Shown here one piece after another: positions 37,688 through 47,280 of a stretch of DNA of 64,000 nucleotides (the stretch's first letter is position 1; each line of letters opens with the position of its first letter). The stretch comes from Candidatus Latescibacterota bacterium (GTDB lineage: Bacteria > Latescibacterota > 4484-107): positions 7,630-71,629 of the forward strand of contig JAZDJA010000184.1 of NCBI GenBank assembly GCA_043804415.1, read 5' to 3'. The position numbers and the translations under genes are program-made. The notes beneath the pieces are model-generated. The model saw only the letters and a program-made list of their open reading frames with translations. It was not told the origin of the DNA and did no database searches.

Positions 37688-38392
37688 ATGAGGAGCTTTC
37701 AAACCACTCTCTTAACTGCTCTCGTATGGCTGACGACAGCGATTTCTTCAGCCTATGCCAACGATCCCGCCGACTTCTTCCCATTGCATGTGGGAGATGT
37801 CTGGGAATACGACAACTATGACATCCAGACTGACTGGACTGTGGTGGAAGTGGTGGGAGACTCGGCGATCAATGGGAGGCAATACTACAAGATGCGGGAA
37901 ACCTCGTCTTCCGTGGGAAACGTGTATCGATACAGTCCCCTCTGGGTGAGGATCAATGACGCCTTCGAGGTCTTACAATATTCCTTCCACCGGCAGGCTG
38001 ACGTCTTGATGCTTCGGCTCGACGCGTCGGTGGAGGATAGCTGGGAGGGATACGAGCCACTGCGTTCGGCTGATTTCATTTATGAGTCTGATGAGAACTG
38101 GATGCCGACAGTGGTGTTGCGAGACCGCGGACGGATGCGAGACATCTCCATGAACAAGTTTCTGGATTTCCTCGAAGACGAGCGGGAGGCGCTTCGCTTC
38201 GTGTATGATTTTGTTGCTATTGAGAATACCTACGCATATGTGGATGGGATTGGACTCGTCGGGTGGGCAGGAGAAGGAAACGTGGGGCTCAGGCTGCGTG
38301 GAGCGATCATTGGCGGCGTGCGCTACGGCACATTGACCGTTGGGGTTGAACCCTCTTCCTGGGGACATATCAAAACTCTTTTTGTGCACTGA
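37688..38392 (+). CDS. secreted hypothetical protein with the C-terminal motif ...PSSWGHIKTLFVH
   Basis: signal peptide MRSFQTTLLTALVWLTTAISSAYA; strong RBS AAGGAGG; the C-terminus shares (S/T)WGx(I/V)K with the proteins at 46351 and 47281. Confidence 0.6.
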   Translation: MRSFQTTLLTALVWLTTAISSAYANDPADFFPLHVGDVWEYDNYDIQTDWTVVEVVGDSAINGRQYYKMRETSSSVGNVYRYSPLWVRINDAFEVLQYSFHRQADVLMLRLDASVEDSWEGYEPLRSADFIYESDENWMPTVVLRDRGRMRDISMNKFLDFLEDEREALRFVYDFVAIENTYAYVDGIGLVGWAGEGNVGLRLRGAIIGGVRYGTLTVGVEPSSWGHIKTLFVH

Positions 38393-38505
38393 CCGTTCCC
38401 CGCGCTTCTCTGGAAATGATAGGCGCCAGAAAGTGCCACGCTGAGCGTCCAGCATGCATTCCCACCCTAGAGCGGGGAGGGGGAAAAACGAACAAGATGG
38501 GGCAC

Positions 38506-38961
38506 ATGCCAGGAGAACACCCGAAGCTGCAGATCCGCCTTATGCGGTCGAAGGATCTTCCCGGAGTACTTCGCATCGAGCGGGAGACCTTCTCCAATCC
38601 GTGGCCGAGAAGGGAATTGACCGCTGCCATGGAGGATCCGGACTGTCAGGCCATAGTGGGGAGGGAGGACGGCATCCTGGTGGGTTATGGTATGGCCTGG
38701 TTTCTAAGTGAAGAGGTGCATATCGGGAACCTGGCAGTAGCCAAACCACATCGCAGAAAAGGCATCGCGAGCACGCTCCTCAGGCATATTCTGGCGCAGG
38801 CGGGGAAAGCGCACATGGTCCGGGTCACCCTGGAAGTCCGGATATCCAACGAAGCTGCCCAGGCACTCTATCGGGCGCATGGATTTCTGGAGGTCGCCAT
38901 TCGCAGAGCATACTATTTCCGCCCCACCGAGGATGCGCTGGTGATGATGAAGTCCCTTTGA
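38506..38961 (+). CDS. rimI: ribosomal-protein-alanine N-acetyltransferase (GNAT family)
   Basis: ...LRIERETFSNPW...GILVGYGMAWF...VAKPHRRKGIASTLL... acetyl-CoA binding motif; start uncertain (38497/38506/38542). Confidence 0.7.
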   Translation: MPGEHPKLQIRLMRSKDLPGVLRIERETFSNPWPRRELTAAMEDPDCQAIVGREDGILVGYGMAWFLSEEVHIGNLAVAKPHRRKGIASTLLRHILAQAGKAHMVRVTLEVRISNEAAQALYRAHGFLEVAIRRAYYFRPTEDALVMMKSL

Positions 38962-39035
38962 ATTATCCCTTCTCCCTCACTTTGTCGCTTCGTCACCTTC
39001 CTGTTTTGTCATTCCCCCGCATTCTTGGACATGAA

Positions 39036-39104
39036 ACCTCCCGCAGGTCCAAAGAAAACCTGCGGGAGGTCCTCTTTCTCACTTTCTCGCTTTCTCTTTC
39101 TTCC
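39036..39104 (+). terminator. hairpin ACCTCCCGCAGGT-N9-ACCTGCGGGAGGT followed by a CT-rich tract; probable rimI terminator
   Basis: 13-bp perfect inverted repeat at 39036-39048 / 39058-39070, then a pyrimidine-rich run. Confidence 0.5.
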
Positions 39105-39156
39105 GCGCTCCCATGCCCCATCGCATTCAGAGAACTCCCTACAAGGTGAACATCGG

Positions 39157-39681
39157 ATGACCGCATCGTGTGCAGAACAGATTGAGATCGTGGACGAGCA
39201 AGGCCGTGTGATCGGTCGCGCGCTTCGCTCCGAGTGCCACGGCAATCCCGCCCTGATCCATCGAACCGTCCATGTGCTGGTCTTCAACACTGCGGGGGAG
39301 CTGCTGCTTCAGAAGCGCGGAGAGGACAAAGATATTCAGCCGGGAAAATGGGATACGTCCGTGGGGGGTCATCTGGATATCGGGGAGGACTACGAGGAAG
39401 CGGCGTATCGGGAGATGGGCGAGGAAGTGGGCATTCGGAATACGCCACTGGTACCGCTCTACGCATATCCGATGCGCAACACAATCGAATCGGAAGATGT
39501 GCGAACGTACAGGTGTACCTACGATGGCCCCATCACCCCGGATCCAGGGGAGATCTCCGAGGCGCGATTCTGGACGACGAAGGAGATCGAGGGAGCTTTG
39601 GGACGCGGATGCTTCACGCCCAATTTCGAGGAGGAGTTGGCTCGCTATAAGGACAGAAGACGGGAAGACAGGCAGGTGTGA
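39157..39681 (+). CDS. NUDIX hydrolase (Idi type-1-like)
   Basis: Nudix box GGHLDIGEDYEEAAYREMGEEVGI; the RBS is weak. Confidence 0.8.
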   Translation: MTASCAEQIEIVDEQGRVIGRALRSECHGNPALIHRTVHVLVFNTAGELLLQKRGEDKDIQPGKWDTSVGGHLDIGEDYEEAAYREMGEEVGIRNTPLVPLYAYPMRNTIESEDVRTYRCTYDGPITPDPGEISEARFWTTKEIEGALGRGCFTPNFEEELARYKDRRREDRQV

Positions 39682-39750
39682 AGAATCCTCAGGATTCTAC
39701 CCAACCTCCCGCAGGTCAAAACTCATTGTCTCCATCTTGAGGCGCTTCCC

Positions 39751-39785
39751 AACCTCCCGCAGGTCGGAAAAACCTGCGGGAGGTT
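39751..39785. terminator. hairpin AACCTCCCGCAGGTC-ggaaa-AACCTGCGGGAGGTT between convergent NUDIX and dnaG genes, preceded by a direct extra half-site at 39703-39717 and followed by a ~95-bp CT-rich tract
   Basis: same 12-bp stem sequence as the hairpin at 39036; plausible bidirectional terminator. Confidence 0.5.
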
Positions 39786-39873
39786 TCCTTTCTCACTTTC
39801 CCGCTCTCCTGTTTTCCCTAACCTCAACCCGTTTGCCCCTGACTTTCCTGCTCTCCTCTTCCTTTCCCTGCCT

Positions 39874-41643
39874 CTAGGCCTCTTTGCTCAGCAGGATAAG
39901 CTTCTCATACAACACGCCTACAAGGGCATCGTTGCCCTGCTGCTCCGCTTCCTTCAGATGGAGGCGGATGGCCTCGATGGCACGGCGCGCATTCTCTTTC
40001 CGAAGTTGAGCGATGCTGTCGGAGAGGGATTGATCGATCTGTTTTTCGTCGAAACCCTCCGAGGCCAGCCGCGAGATCACCCCCACGAGATCCGATCCCT
40101 GGAACCGATCCATCAGACTTCCCACATCGGATTTCCCTTCGCCCGTAACCATCTCGGCCATCCCCGCTGCAATCTGCCGAAACGGCCCCTCCTGAAAATC
40201 CTCCATGCGAATCAGACTGATGACCCGCACCGCGATATCGCCGCCGGAGAGCATGATCCGCACCAGCTCGCGTTCTGCTGAGGATCCCTGACGCAGGACA
40301 ATCCCCTTCTCGTTGGTCTCCCCGCCTTTCCCGCGGGTTTCTCCGCGCCCTTTCCGCCGCTCCCGCCTGATCGCCCGATGCAGCACCTCCTCGCCTATTC
40401 CAAGACGTTCGGAAACTTGCTGGGTCAGCAGGTTGCGTCGGATCTCGTCTCCAATCTTGGAGAGGGTCTGGATAAACTCCTCGATGCTTCGGCGTCTGCC
40501 CTCTACGGTGGCCAGATCCAGGGAACGGCTCATCTGATCCAGTTTATAGTCCAAGAGCGGCTGCGCATCCCGCAAGAGCTTCAGGAAAGGCTCCGGGCCC
40601 GCATCGCGCACAAAACTGTCCGGATCGTGCCCCTCGGGAAGGGCGATCACCCGGACCTCCAGATCCGCTTCCAGCAGGATGTCTATTCCACGCAGCGTGG
40701 CGGTGGATCCGGCCTGATCCGCGTCGAACACCAACACCACCCGGTCGCCGTACCGAGCAAGCAGTTTGGCCTGCTCCGGGGTGAAGGCCGTGCCGGATGA
40801 GGCCACCACATATTCGATTCCGCATTGCACCAGACGCAACAGATCGGTATACCCCTCCACGATGAGGGCCTGGCCCGCCTTCCGGATGGCATCTTTCGCC
40901 TGGCAGAGACCATAGAGAATGTGCCCCTTACGATAGATGGGGGTCTCGGGGGAATTCAGGTATTTGGGCTGGCCTTCCGGGTCCAGCGTACGCGCTCCGA
41001 ACGCCACCGGACGCCCTCCAATGTTGGTGATCGGGAACATCAGCCGGTCTCGGAACCGGTCGTAGTGCCCTCCCTTGGGCTTGGCAACGGCCAATCCCGC
41101 CTTCTCAAATGCAGCACCATCCAGGCCCCTTTTTGCGCCCACCTTCAGCAGTCCATCCCAATCCGGTGCCGCCACTCCCAATCCGAATCGCTCCGCAGTC
41201 TCTTGGGAGATCGCCCGCTCCGAAAGATAAGCTCGGGCCACCCTGCCGCTCGCATCCTTCCACAAAAGATGCTGGAAATATTTCTGCGCCAGATCGTTCG
41301 CCCGGTAGAGCGCATCGCTCACTTCGCCGGATGCGGGTCCGGAACGCTCCTCCGGCAGCAGGATTCCCGCCTTGGCGGCCACCAGCCGGACCGCTTCCAG
41401 GAAGCTGATCTTTTCCACGTCCCGGAGGAAGGTGAACACGTTTCCTCCCGCGCCACATCCGAAGCAGTGGAATATCTGTTTCTCCACATTGACGCTGAAT
41501 GAAGGGGTCTTCTCCACGTGAAAAGGGCAGAGACCAAAATAGTTCTGCCCTTTCTTCTTCAGCGCCACATAGTCGGAAACCACGTCTGCTATATTGACTT
41601 GCGCGCGAATGTCTTCGATCGTTTCTTCGGGAACACGGGCCAT
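39874..41643 (-). CDS. dnaG: DNA primase
   Basis: zinc-ribbon CPFHVEKTPSFSV...CFGCGAGG and TOPRIM EGYTDLL...VLVFDADQAG motifs. Confidence 0.9.
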   Translation of the reverse strand: MARVPEETIEDIRAQVNIADVVSDYVALKKKGQNYFGLCPFHVEKTPSFSVNVEKQIFHCFGCGAGGNVFTFLRDVEKISFLEAVRLVAAKAGILLPEERSGPASGEVSDALYRANDLAQKYFQHLLWKDASGRVARAYLSERAISQETAERFGLGVAAPDWDGLLKVGAKRGLDGAAFEKAGLAVAKPKGGHYDRFRDRLMFPITNIGGRPVAFGARTLDPEGQPKYLNSPETPIYRKGHILYGLCQAKDAIRKAGQALIVEGYTDLLRLVQCGIEYVVASSGTAFTPEQAKLLARYGDRVVLVFDADQAGSTATLRGIDILLEADLEVRVIALPEGHDPDSFVRDAGPEPFLKLLRDAQPLLDYKLDQMSRSLDLATVEGRRRSIEEFIQTLSKIGDEIRRNLLTQQVSERLGIGEEVLHRAIRRERRKGRGETRGKGGETNEKGIVLRQGSSAERELVRIMLSGGDIAVRVISLIRMEDFQEGPFRQIAAGMAEMVTGEGKSDVGSLMDRFQGSDLVGVISRLASEGFDEKQIDQSLSDSIAQLRKENARRAIEAIRLHLKEAEQQGNDALVGVLYEKLILLSKEA

Positions 41644-41780
41644 CTTGTCCTGCCTTGGAGGCATAGCGGCATGGGGACGCTAAGAAATGAAAAATGCAGC
41701 ATGGAAAATGACTTCGCCACTCACCCTCTCGGACTCCAATAGTTGCACTTTACAATCTGCATTTCTTGGGGTCTTCGTGG

Positions 41781-43091
41781 CTAGACGGCCTCTCTCATCA
41801 CCAGTCCGGTCAACAATTTCGGATAGAAGTAGGTGGATTTCTGGGGCATCACTTCCCCGCTTTCGGTGATGGCCTTCACCTGTGACACTTTGGTGGGATT
41901 GAGGAAGAGCGCCAGCTGATGCTGACCTTGATCCACCATCTGGACCGCCTTTTCCGCATCCGAACAGTAGGAGATGAACGCCCCCTTCTGGAGCACGTCC
42001 GGCCGCATCTTCAAAAGGTGCTCGATTAAAACTGCGTGGATGATCGCCACGTCCAGCGTCCTGCTCGCCGGGGAGTCGCTTTCTTTCATCAGTGCGTCCA
42101 CCCCCGCTCTGTTTGTCAGGGTCAGCAGGAAATAATCGCCGTGGCCGAAATAGAGCCCAAACGTGTTTTGTTCCGACTCCCGCTCCACCGCAGCCATCCG
42201 ATCCAGCAATTCCGAGGCGTCCTCCATCGGCTGAATTTCGAAGAACTTCCTCAGATGCGCCAGAAGAACCGATTCGTCAAAATCGGCCAGTTTGTGCAGC
42301 AGCCGATGGGTGGGCAGAACGGCCAGACCCGGGTGCTCAAGGTTGGTGAGGTACATCATCACGTAGTTGTAGGGAGCGTCCCCTTCGCGATCCGGATGGC
42401 ATGTTTGCTGCTCATTTCGGAAACTCAGGGCGGTTTCATACCGATGATGTCCGTCGGCGATGATGACCGTTTTCTCCGCCAACTTCCGGGTCACGACTTG
42501 GATGAGGTCCCCGTCGGTGATTCGGATCAGGCTGTGGTGATTCCCCTGACGGTCTGCCACGTCGCAGATGGGTGGCTCCGATGCCAGCCCGGAGAACAGG
42601 TGTTCCAGGTCTTGCGAGGGATCGTCGTAAAGTCCGAAGATCGGATTGAAGTTTGCCCGGGTGGCTCTGAGCAGATTCAGACGATCCACCTTGGGGCCGG
42701 ATAGCGTTCTTTCGTGGGGCTTGATCGAGCCGGAGCCCAGCTCCTCCAATCGAACGGCCGCAAGAAAACCCGTGCGCACGCGCGCCTCTCCCCCCGCGGT
42801 GTAAGTTTCCCGGCACAGGTAGATCGCCGGTTGTTCGTCGCGGATCAGGATGCCGTCTTTGAGCCATTGTTCCCAGAGCTCTGCCGCACGGGTATAGCAG
42901 TTCTCCTGATCGTTGTCCCCGGGGTACTCTTTCCCAGAGTCAATCCGCACAATATTGTTTGCCGTTTGCTCATATAGTTCCTCCCGCATCTGGGGAGAGA
43001 TCACGTCATAGGGGGGGGCCATTACCGAGCTGAGGTCGCCCGCTTTTTCTTCATTGTATAGGATGCCTCTAAAAGGTACAAGGTGTGCCAT
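41781..43091 (-). CDS. DUF1015-family protein
   Basis: MAHLVPFRGILYN... start with RBS AAGGAG; conserved ...IADGHHRYETAL... motif. Confidence 0.8.
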   Translation of the reverse strand: MAHLVPFRGILYNEEKAGDLSSVMAPPYDVISPQMREELYEQTANNIVRIDSGKEYPGDNDQENCYTRAAELWEQWLKDGILIRDEQPAIYLCRETYTAGGEARVRTGFLAAVRLEELGSGSIKPHERTLSGPKVDRLNLLRATRANFNPIFGLYDDPSQDLEHLFSGLASEPPICDVADRQGNHHSLIRITDGDLIQVVTRKLAEKTVIIADGHHRYETALSFRNEQQTCHPDREGDAPYNYVMMYLTNLEHPGLAVLPTHRLLHKLADFDESVLLAHLRKFFEIQPMEDASELLDRMAAVERESEQNTFGLYFGHGDYFLLTLTNRAGVDALMKESDSPASRTLDVAIIHAVLIEHLLKMRPDVLQKGAFISYCSDAEKAVQMVDQGQHQLALFLNPTKVSQVKAITESGEVMPQKSTYFYPKLLTGLVMREAV

Positions 43092-43173
43092 AGATCTCCT
43101 TCTTTTAAAATGCAAAACGTAGGGCAAGCAGCATACCCAGCCCTTGCGCCGCTCATCCATCCGGCATCTGCAG

Positions 43174-44238
43174 TCACCAATCCCCTATCGCCTCCCGAAT
43201 CTCTCCGAGAAGGGCCTCCAACAGGGCTTCTTCCTTCACCTTCCGCACAATTTCTCCCCTGCGAAAAACCACGCCTACACCCCGCCCCCCTGCGATACCA
43301 AAATCCGCCTCCCTGGCCTCTCCGGGCCCGTTGACCGCACAGCCCATCACCGCCACCCTGATGGGTTCCTTCACCTCGCGCAGGGCCCGCTCAACCTCCT
43401 CCGCCAGGGGAATCAGGTTGATCTCCGTCCGCCCGCATGTGGGACAGGAGATGATCGTAGGTCCCCGCTGGCGAAGGGAAAGGGCTTTGAGGATCTCGAA
43501 GCCCACGCGGATCTCCTCTACCGGATCGGCGGTCAGGGAGACCCGGATCGTATCCCCGATGCCATCGCCGAGGATCGCTCCGATACCAGCAGCGGATCGA
43601 ATCGTTCCCGTCCCCATCGTGCCCGCTTCGGTGATGCCCACGTGCAGGGGATAGGTCACCTTTTCCGAAATCAGACGGTACGCGGCAAGGGACAGCGGGA
43701 TGTCCGAGGATTTCAGCGAGATCACGATGTCCTCAAACCCCAACGCCTCCAGGATGCGCACGTGCCCCAACGCGCTCTCCACCATTGCTTCGGCCGACGG
43801 GCTTCCGTATTTCTCCAGCAGGTCTTTCTCCAGGGAACCGGCATTTACCCCAACGCGGATCGGGATGCCCCGTTCCTGCGCCGCCCGCACCACGCGCTCC
43901 ACTTTCTCCCGGCCTCCGATATTTCCCGGATTGATTCGAAGCTTGTCCACGCCCGCCTCAATGGCGGCAAGCGCCAAGCGGGCACTGAAGTGGATGTCCG
44001 CCACCAGGGGAATCGAGATCGCACGTTTGATCTCCGATAGTGCGGCAGCAGCTGTTTCGTCGGGCACGGCCACCCGGATCATCTCGCACCCGGCCCGTTC
44101 CAGGGCCTGGATCTGCCCGACGGTCGCCGCCACATCCCGAGTGTCCGTGTTGGTCATCGATTGCACGGACACGGGCGCGCCGCCGCCCACGGGCACGTTG
44201 CCCACGAGAATCTGTCGGGTCCCTTGTCTGTGATTCAT
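43174..44238 (-). CDS. ispG: 4-hydroxy-3-methylbut-2-en-1-yl diphosphate synthase
   Basis: ...[12 protein letters not shown]...[11 protein letters not shown]... GcpE signatures; start MNHRQG with a GGGAG RBS. Confidence 0.9.
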   Translation of the reverse strand: MNHRQGTRQILVGNVPVGGGAPVSVQSMTNTDTRDVAATVGQIQALERAGCEMIRVAVPDETAAAALSEIKRAISIPLVADIHFSARLALAAIEAGVDKLRINPGNIGGREKVERVVRAAQERGIPIRVGVNAGSLEKDLLEKYGSPSAEAMVESALGHVRILEALGFEDIVISLKSSDIPLSLAAYRLISEKVTYPLHVGITEAGTMGTGTIRSAAGIGAILGDGIGDTIRVSLTADPVEEIRVGFEILKALSLRQRGPTIISCPTCGRTEINLIPLAEEVERALREVKEPIRVAVMGCAVNGPGEAREADFGIAGGRGVGVVFRRGEIVRKVKEEALLEALLGEIREAIGDW

Positions 44239-44634
44239 CGGGAATACTCCCATCAAAGGCTATCGGACACGGATGTCACGGAGTTCAGGAATCCAACCCA
44301 GGAAAAAGGGGCGGATAATTCAATGAGGGCCTACCCGCTGTATTTTCAGGGGTCCTCCCCAACGAGATTATTGTTCTAAATCTAATCAGTGGGCCCCGAA
44401 AAGTCAAGCGCTTTTCGAGGGACGCACACGTGCGGATCAGCCGACAACTCGCTATGCGGAATCTGGGAATGCTTCAGCATCACCGAACCCTTCCGCCCCG
44501 GATAGGCTGTCCGCACAAGAGTGCAAACCCGGGTATAAAAACGCTTGCTTTTTGCAGGCAAACTTTTTATGTTTCGAAAAGAGGGACTGCATTTCAACTA
44601 TTCTTTACCCCACGGAGCGCGAAAGGAACGCACG

Positions 44635-46041
44635 ATGTTACTCTTAGATCATGCCGCAAAACAGCGTATTCATGAGGGCAGTCTTTCGATCCTCTCCGAG
44701 CTGGGCGTACGGGTGGAACACGCGGAAACCTTAAGCCGCCTGGAATCGCGCGGGGCCAAAATCGACCGCACCGCCCGAATCGCCCATCTTCCAGAAACCC
44801 TCGTCGAATGGGCATTGGAGAGAGCGCCCTCAGCGATCACACTCTCGGATCGGAGAGGTCGACGGTTTGACCTGCACCCACGTGGGGACTCGATGTATTG
44901 GACGGGCAACGCTCTCTATATGATCGAGGGCGACCGGCGGGTGGACATCGATTCCGACCGGTTTATCCAAATGGCGCGGTTGGTGGATGCCCTGGATCAG
45001 CCGGATGCGATGGTGGGAACCAGCCTGTGCGATGTGCCACCCGTATGTCGGGATTTTGTGGGCTTCCGCCTGATTGCGGAGCATACCACCCGGCACATCC
45101 GACCGGTCATCTTCACCGCCCAGGGGGCCAACGCCATCCTGGAGATGGCCGAGGTGCTCTCGGAGGGAGCGGACATGGCCGAACACCCCCTCTTCAGTCT
45201 CGGATACAGCAACGTCAGTCCCCTCCGCTGGACGGAAACGGCGATGGGGCTGATGACCCTGACCTCCGGGAAGAAGATTCCCATGATGATCAATGCGGAA
45301 CCGATGGCAGGCGGCACGTCCCCGGTCACCCTCGCGGGTTCGATCCTGGCGGCCAATGCGGAAATTCTCAGCGGCATCGTGATCGCCCAACTGTTGGAGG
45401 AAGCGCGTCCGTGTATCTACAATCTGGGTTTCGCGCACGTCTTGGACATGCGCACCACCGTGGCCCTGACCGGCTCCCCGGAACCGTGCCTGTTCGCGGT
45501 CAGCGGGGCGGAGATGGCAGCACATTACGATCTCCCATGCGCCTCATGGGTCAGCACGGACGCGACTGTAATCGATTCCCAAAGCGCGTATGAGAAGATG
45601 ATGGGATTCCTCACGCACACCTCCGCCGGGGTCAATGCGATCTGGGGCATAGGCCAGATGGAGGCGCAACTCTCGCTCTCTCTGACCCAGGCGGTGCTCG
45701 ACGATGAGATGCTCGGAATGGTGCATCGTTTCCTCCGGGGATTCGAGACGGACGCGGAGCATCTCGCCCTGGACGTAATCCGGGAGGTCGGATTTGACGG
45801 GGATTTCCTGAGCCACGATCACACCCTGGACCACTACCGCGAGGAGCTGAGCACCAGCGAACTGGCCAACCGGAATCGGCGCGGAACATGGGAACAGGAC
45901 GGAAGGAAGAGCATCGAGCAGCGCGCTCAGGAGAAAGTGAAAAAACTCCTGGCAGTCGAAAAGGAATGTGTCACAGGGGACCAGAAGAGGGAACTTGGGA
46001 GGATTGAGAAAAGCTGGCGCAAAAAGTTGGGAGCCTTGTGA
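44635..46041 (+). CDS. MttB-superfamily (trimethylamine methyltransferase-like, non-pyrrolysine) methyltransferase
   Basis: 468 aa; TIM-barrel MttB-like sequence along the full length, with no in-frame amber. Confidence 0.75.
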   Translation: MLLLDHAAKQRIHEGSLSILSELGVRVEHAETLSRLESRGAKIDRTARIAHLPETLVEWALERAPSAITLSDRRGRRFDLHPRGDSMYWTGNALYMIEGDRRVDIDSDRFIQMARLVDALDQPDAMVGTSLCDVPPVCRDFVGFRLIAEHTTRHIRPVIFTAQGANAILEMAEVLSEGADMAEHPLFSLGYSNVSPLRWTETAMGLMTLTSGKKIPMMINAEPMAGGTSPVTLAGSILAANAEILSGIVIAQLLEEARPCIYNLGFAHVLDMRTTVALTGSPEPCLFAVSGAEMAAHYDLPCASWVSTDATVIDSQSAYEKMMGFLTHTSAGVNAIWGIGQMEAQLSLSLTQAVLDDEMLGMVHRFLRGFETDAEHLALDVIREVGFDGDFLSHDHTLDHYREELSTSELANRNRRGTWEQDGRKSIEQRAQEKVKKLLAVEKECVTGDQKRELGRIEKSWRKKLGAL

Positions 46042-46111
46042 ATCCGGGCCGCTTCACAGCTTCCCAGAGTCTGCTGATCCGCGGGAGGTCGCCCGTCCGG
46101 AAGGAACAAAG

Positions 46112-46150
46112 AAACCGCCCTGAGCTTCCTCCTCAAGGCGGTTTTTCCCG
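46112..46150 (+). terminator. rho-independent terminator AAACCGCCCTGAGcttcctcCTCAAGGCGGTTTTT downstream of the mttB-like gene
   Basis: GC-rich hairpin plus T-run; a near-identical copy is at 48721-48757. Confidence 0.75.
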
Positions 46151-46350
46151 TCTCACCTTTCACGTGTTGCACCTTCCGGAAACAATTTCCCTCGTTTCTT
46201 CACCGAATCGCCAAGGGAAGACAGCGCATGAGAAGCGTCTTCTCTTGGACAAAGCTTTTGTCCCCTAACCTGTCTCCTGGGCGCACGGGGGGATACCTCG
46301 AATGGGCATCTCCTTTCTTGAACCAGAGACGGCTGGGAAAACCGCGCTAC

Positions 46351-47190
46351 CTAGCGATGCGATGACTTGATCTGTCCCCAGGTGGCAGATCTTACGGCTA
46401 TTCGAGCGTGCCCCATCGAAATGGTCTCTTCCTGGGTCCAACCGGCGGTAAGCATTGAAGCATTGGTAAACACAATTTCAGGGGTGAGTGGATCAAATGA
46501 AAACGTCACAGTGAAACTAATCCAAACCCGATTCGGAAGAAAAGATTCCGTAATCGTGATTGTAACAGAATCGCCGGTTAGGATATACGTTCCTCGTTCT
46601 GCGGTAAATCCAACATCCTGACGAAACGAATAGAACGAACCCCCTTCCAACTGAATACCAATAATTGCTGAGTACTCTGCTTTCTGTTCCGGGGGATAGA
46701 TCTCCCACCATCCCTCGAACGGTTCAGGATCGTCATAGTCCCTATCATAAAAGGTAACCTGCTCTTCGCCAGCATAGCCAAAGGTCAACTCCAGAGCGTT
46801 TGTAAACGTAATATAACCTCCAGATCGTGAGACAGTTACGGTGAACGTAATCCCAATCCGATCGGCAATATCGGATCCGGTAATATCTATGATGACCGAA
46901 TCTCCTGAAACGGTGTATACACCCCGTTCACAGATAGTTTTCAGGGTATCTTCTCCAGGGGTAAAGTATCTATCCTGACCGGCCCCTTTCCGCTCAACAA
47001 AATCCTGATCGTAACACTCAGAGCCAAACGAGCCAGTTGTCGAGAATCTTAAAATGAAAGCCTCTGCTTTATAAGGTAATTCAGAGAAGAACTACAATCC
47101 CTCTACTCCACTATCTTCTGCGAATACCAGACCGCTCAATCCCATCGCGACAACCAACAGCACAGCAAGCATTGAGACGATTCCTCTCAT
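46351..47190 (-). pseudogene. secreted protein with the C-terminal motif ...SATWGQIKSSHR, interrupted by an in-frame TAG 9 codons after the predicted signal-peptidase site
   Basis: signal peptide MRGIVSMLAVLLVVAMGLSGLVFA-ED at 47190 with RBS GGAGGTG; TAG at 47092-47094; the open frame continues to 46351 without an alternative ATG until 46788. Confidence 0.5.
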
Positions 47191-47280
47191 AGTACACCTC
47201 CCTTTCGTGATCCAGAGACGGTTGAGAAAACCGCACCCTCTACTGATGCGATGACTTGATCTTGCCCCACGAGTTTGCCC

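Noticed and set aside
44257-44634. Possible cobalamin riboswitch in the divergent ispG/mttB-like intergenic region
   Set aside because: No B12-box (rAGYCMGgAgaCCkGCc-like) sequence found by eye. The region is more likely to contain divergent promoters
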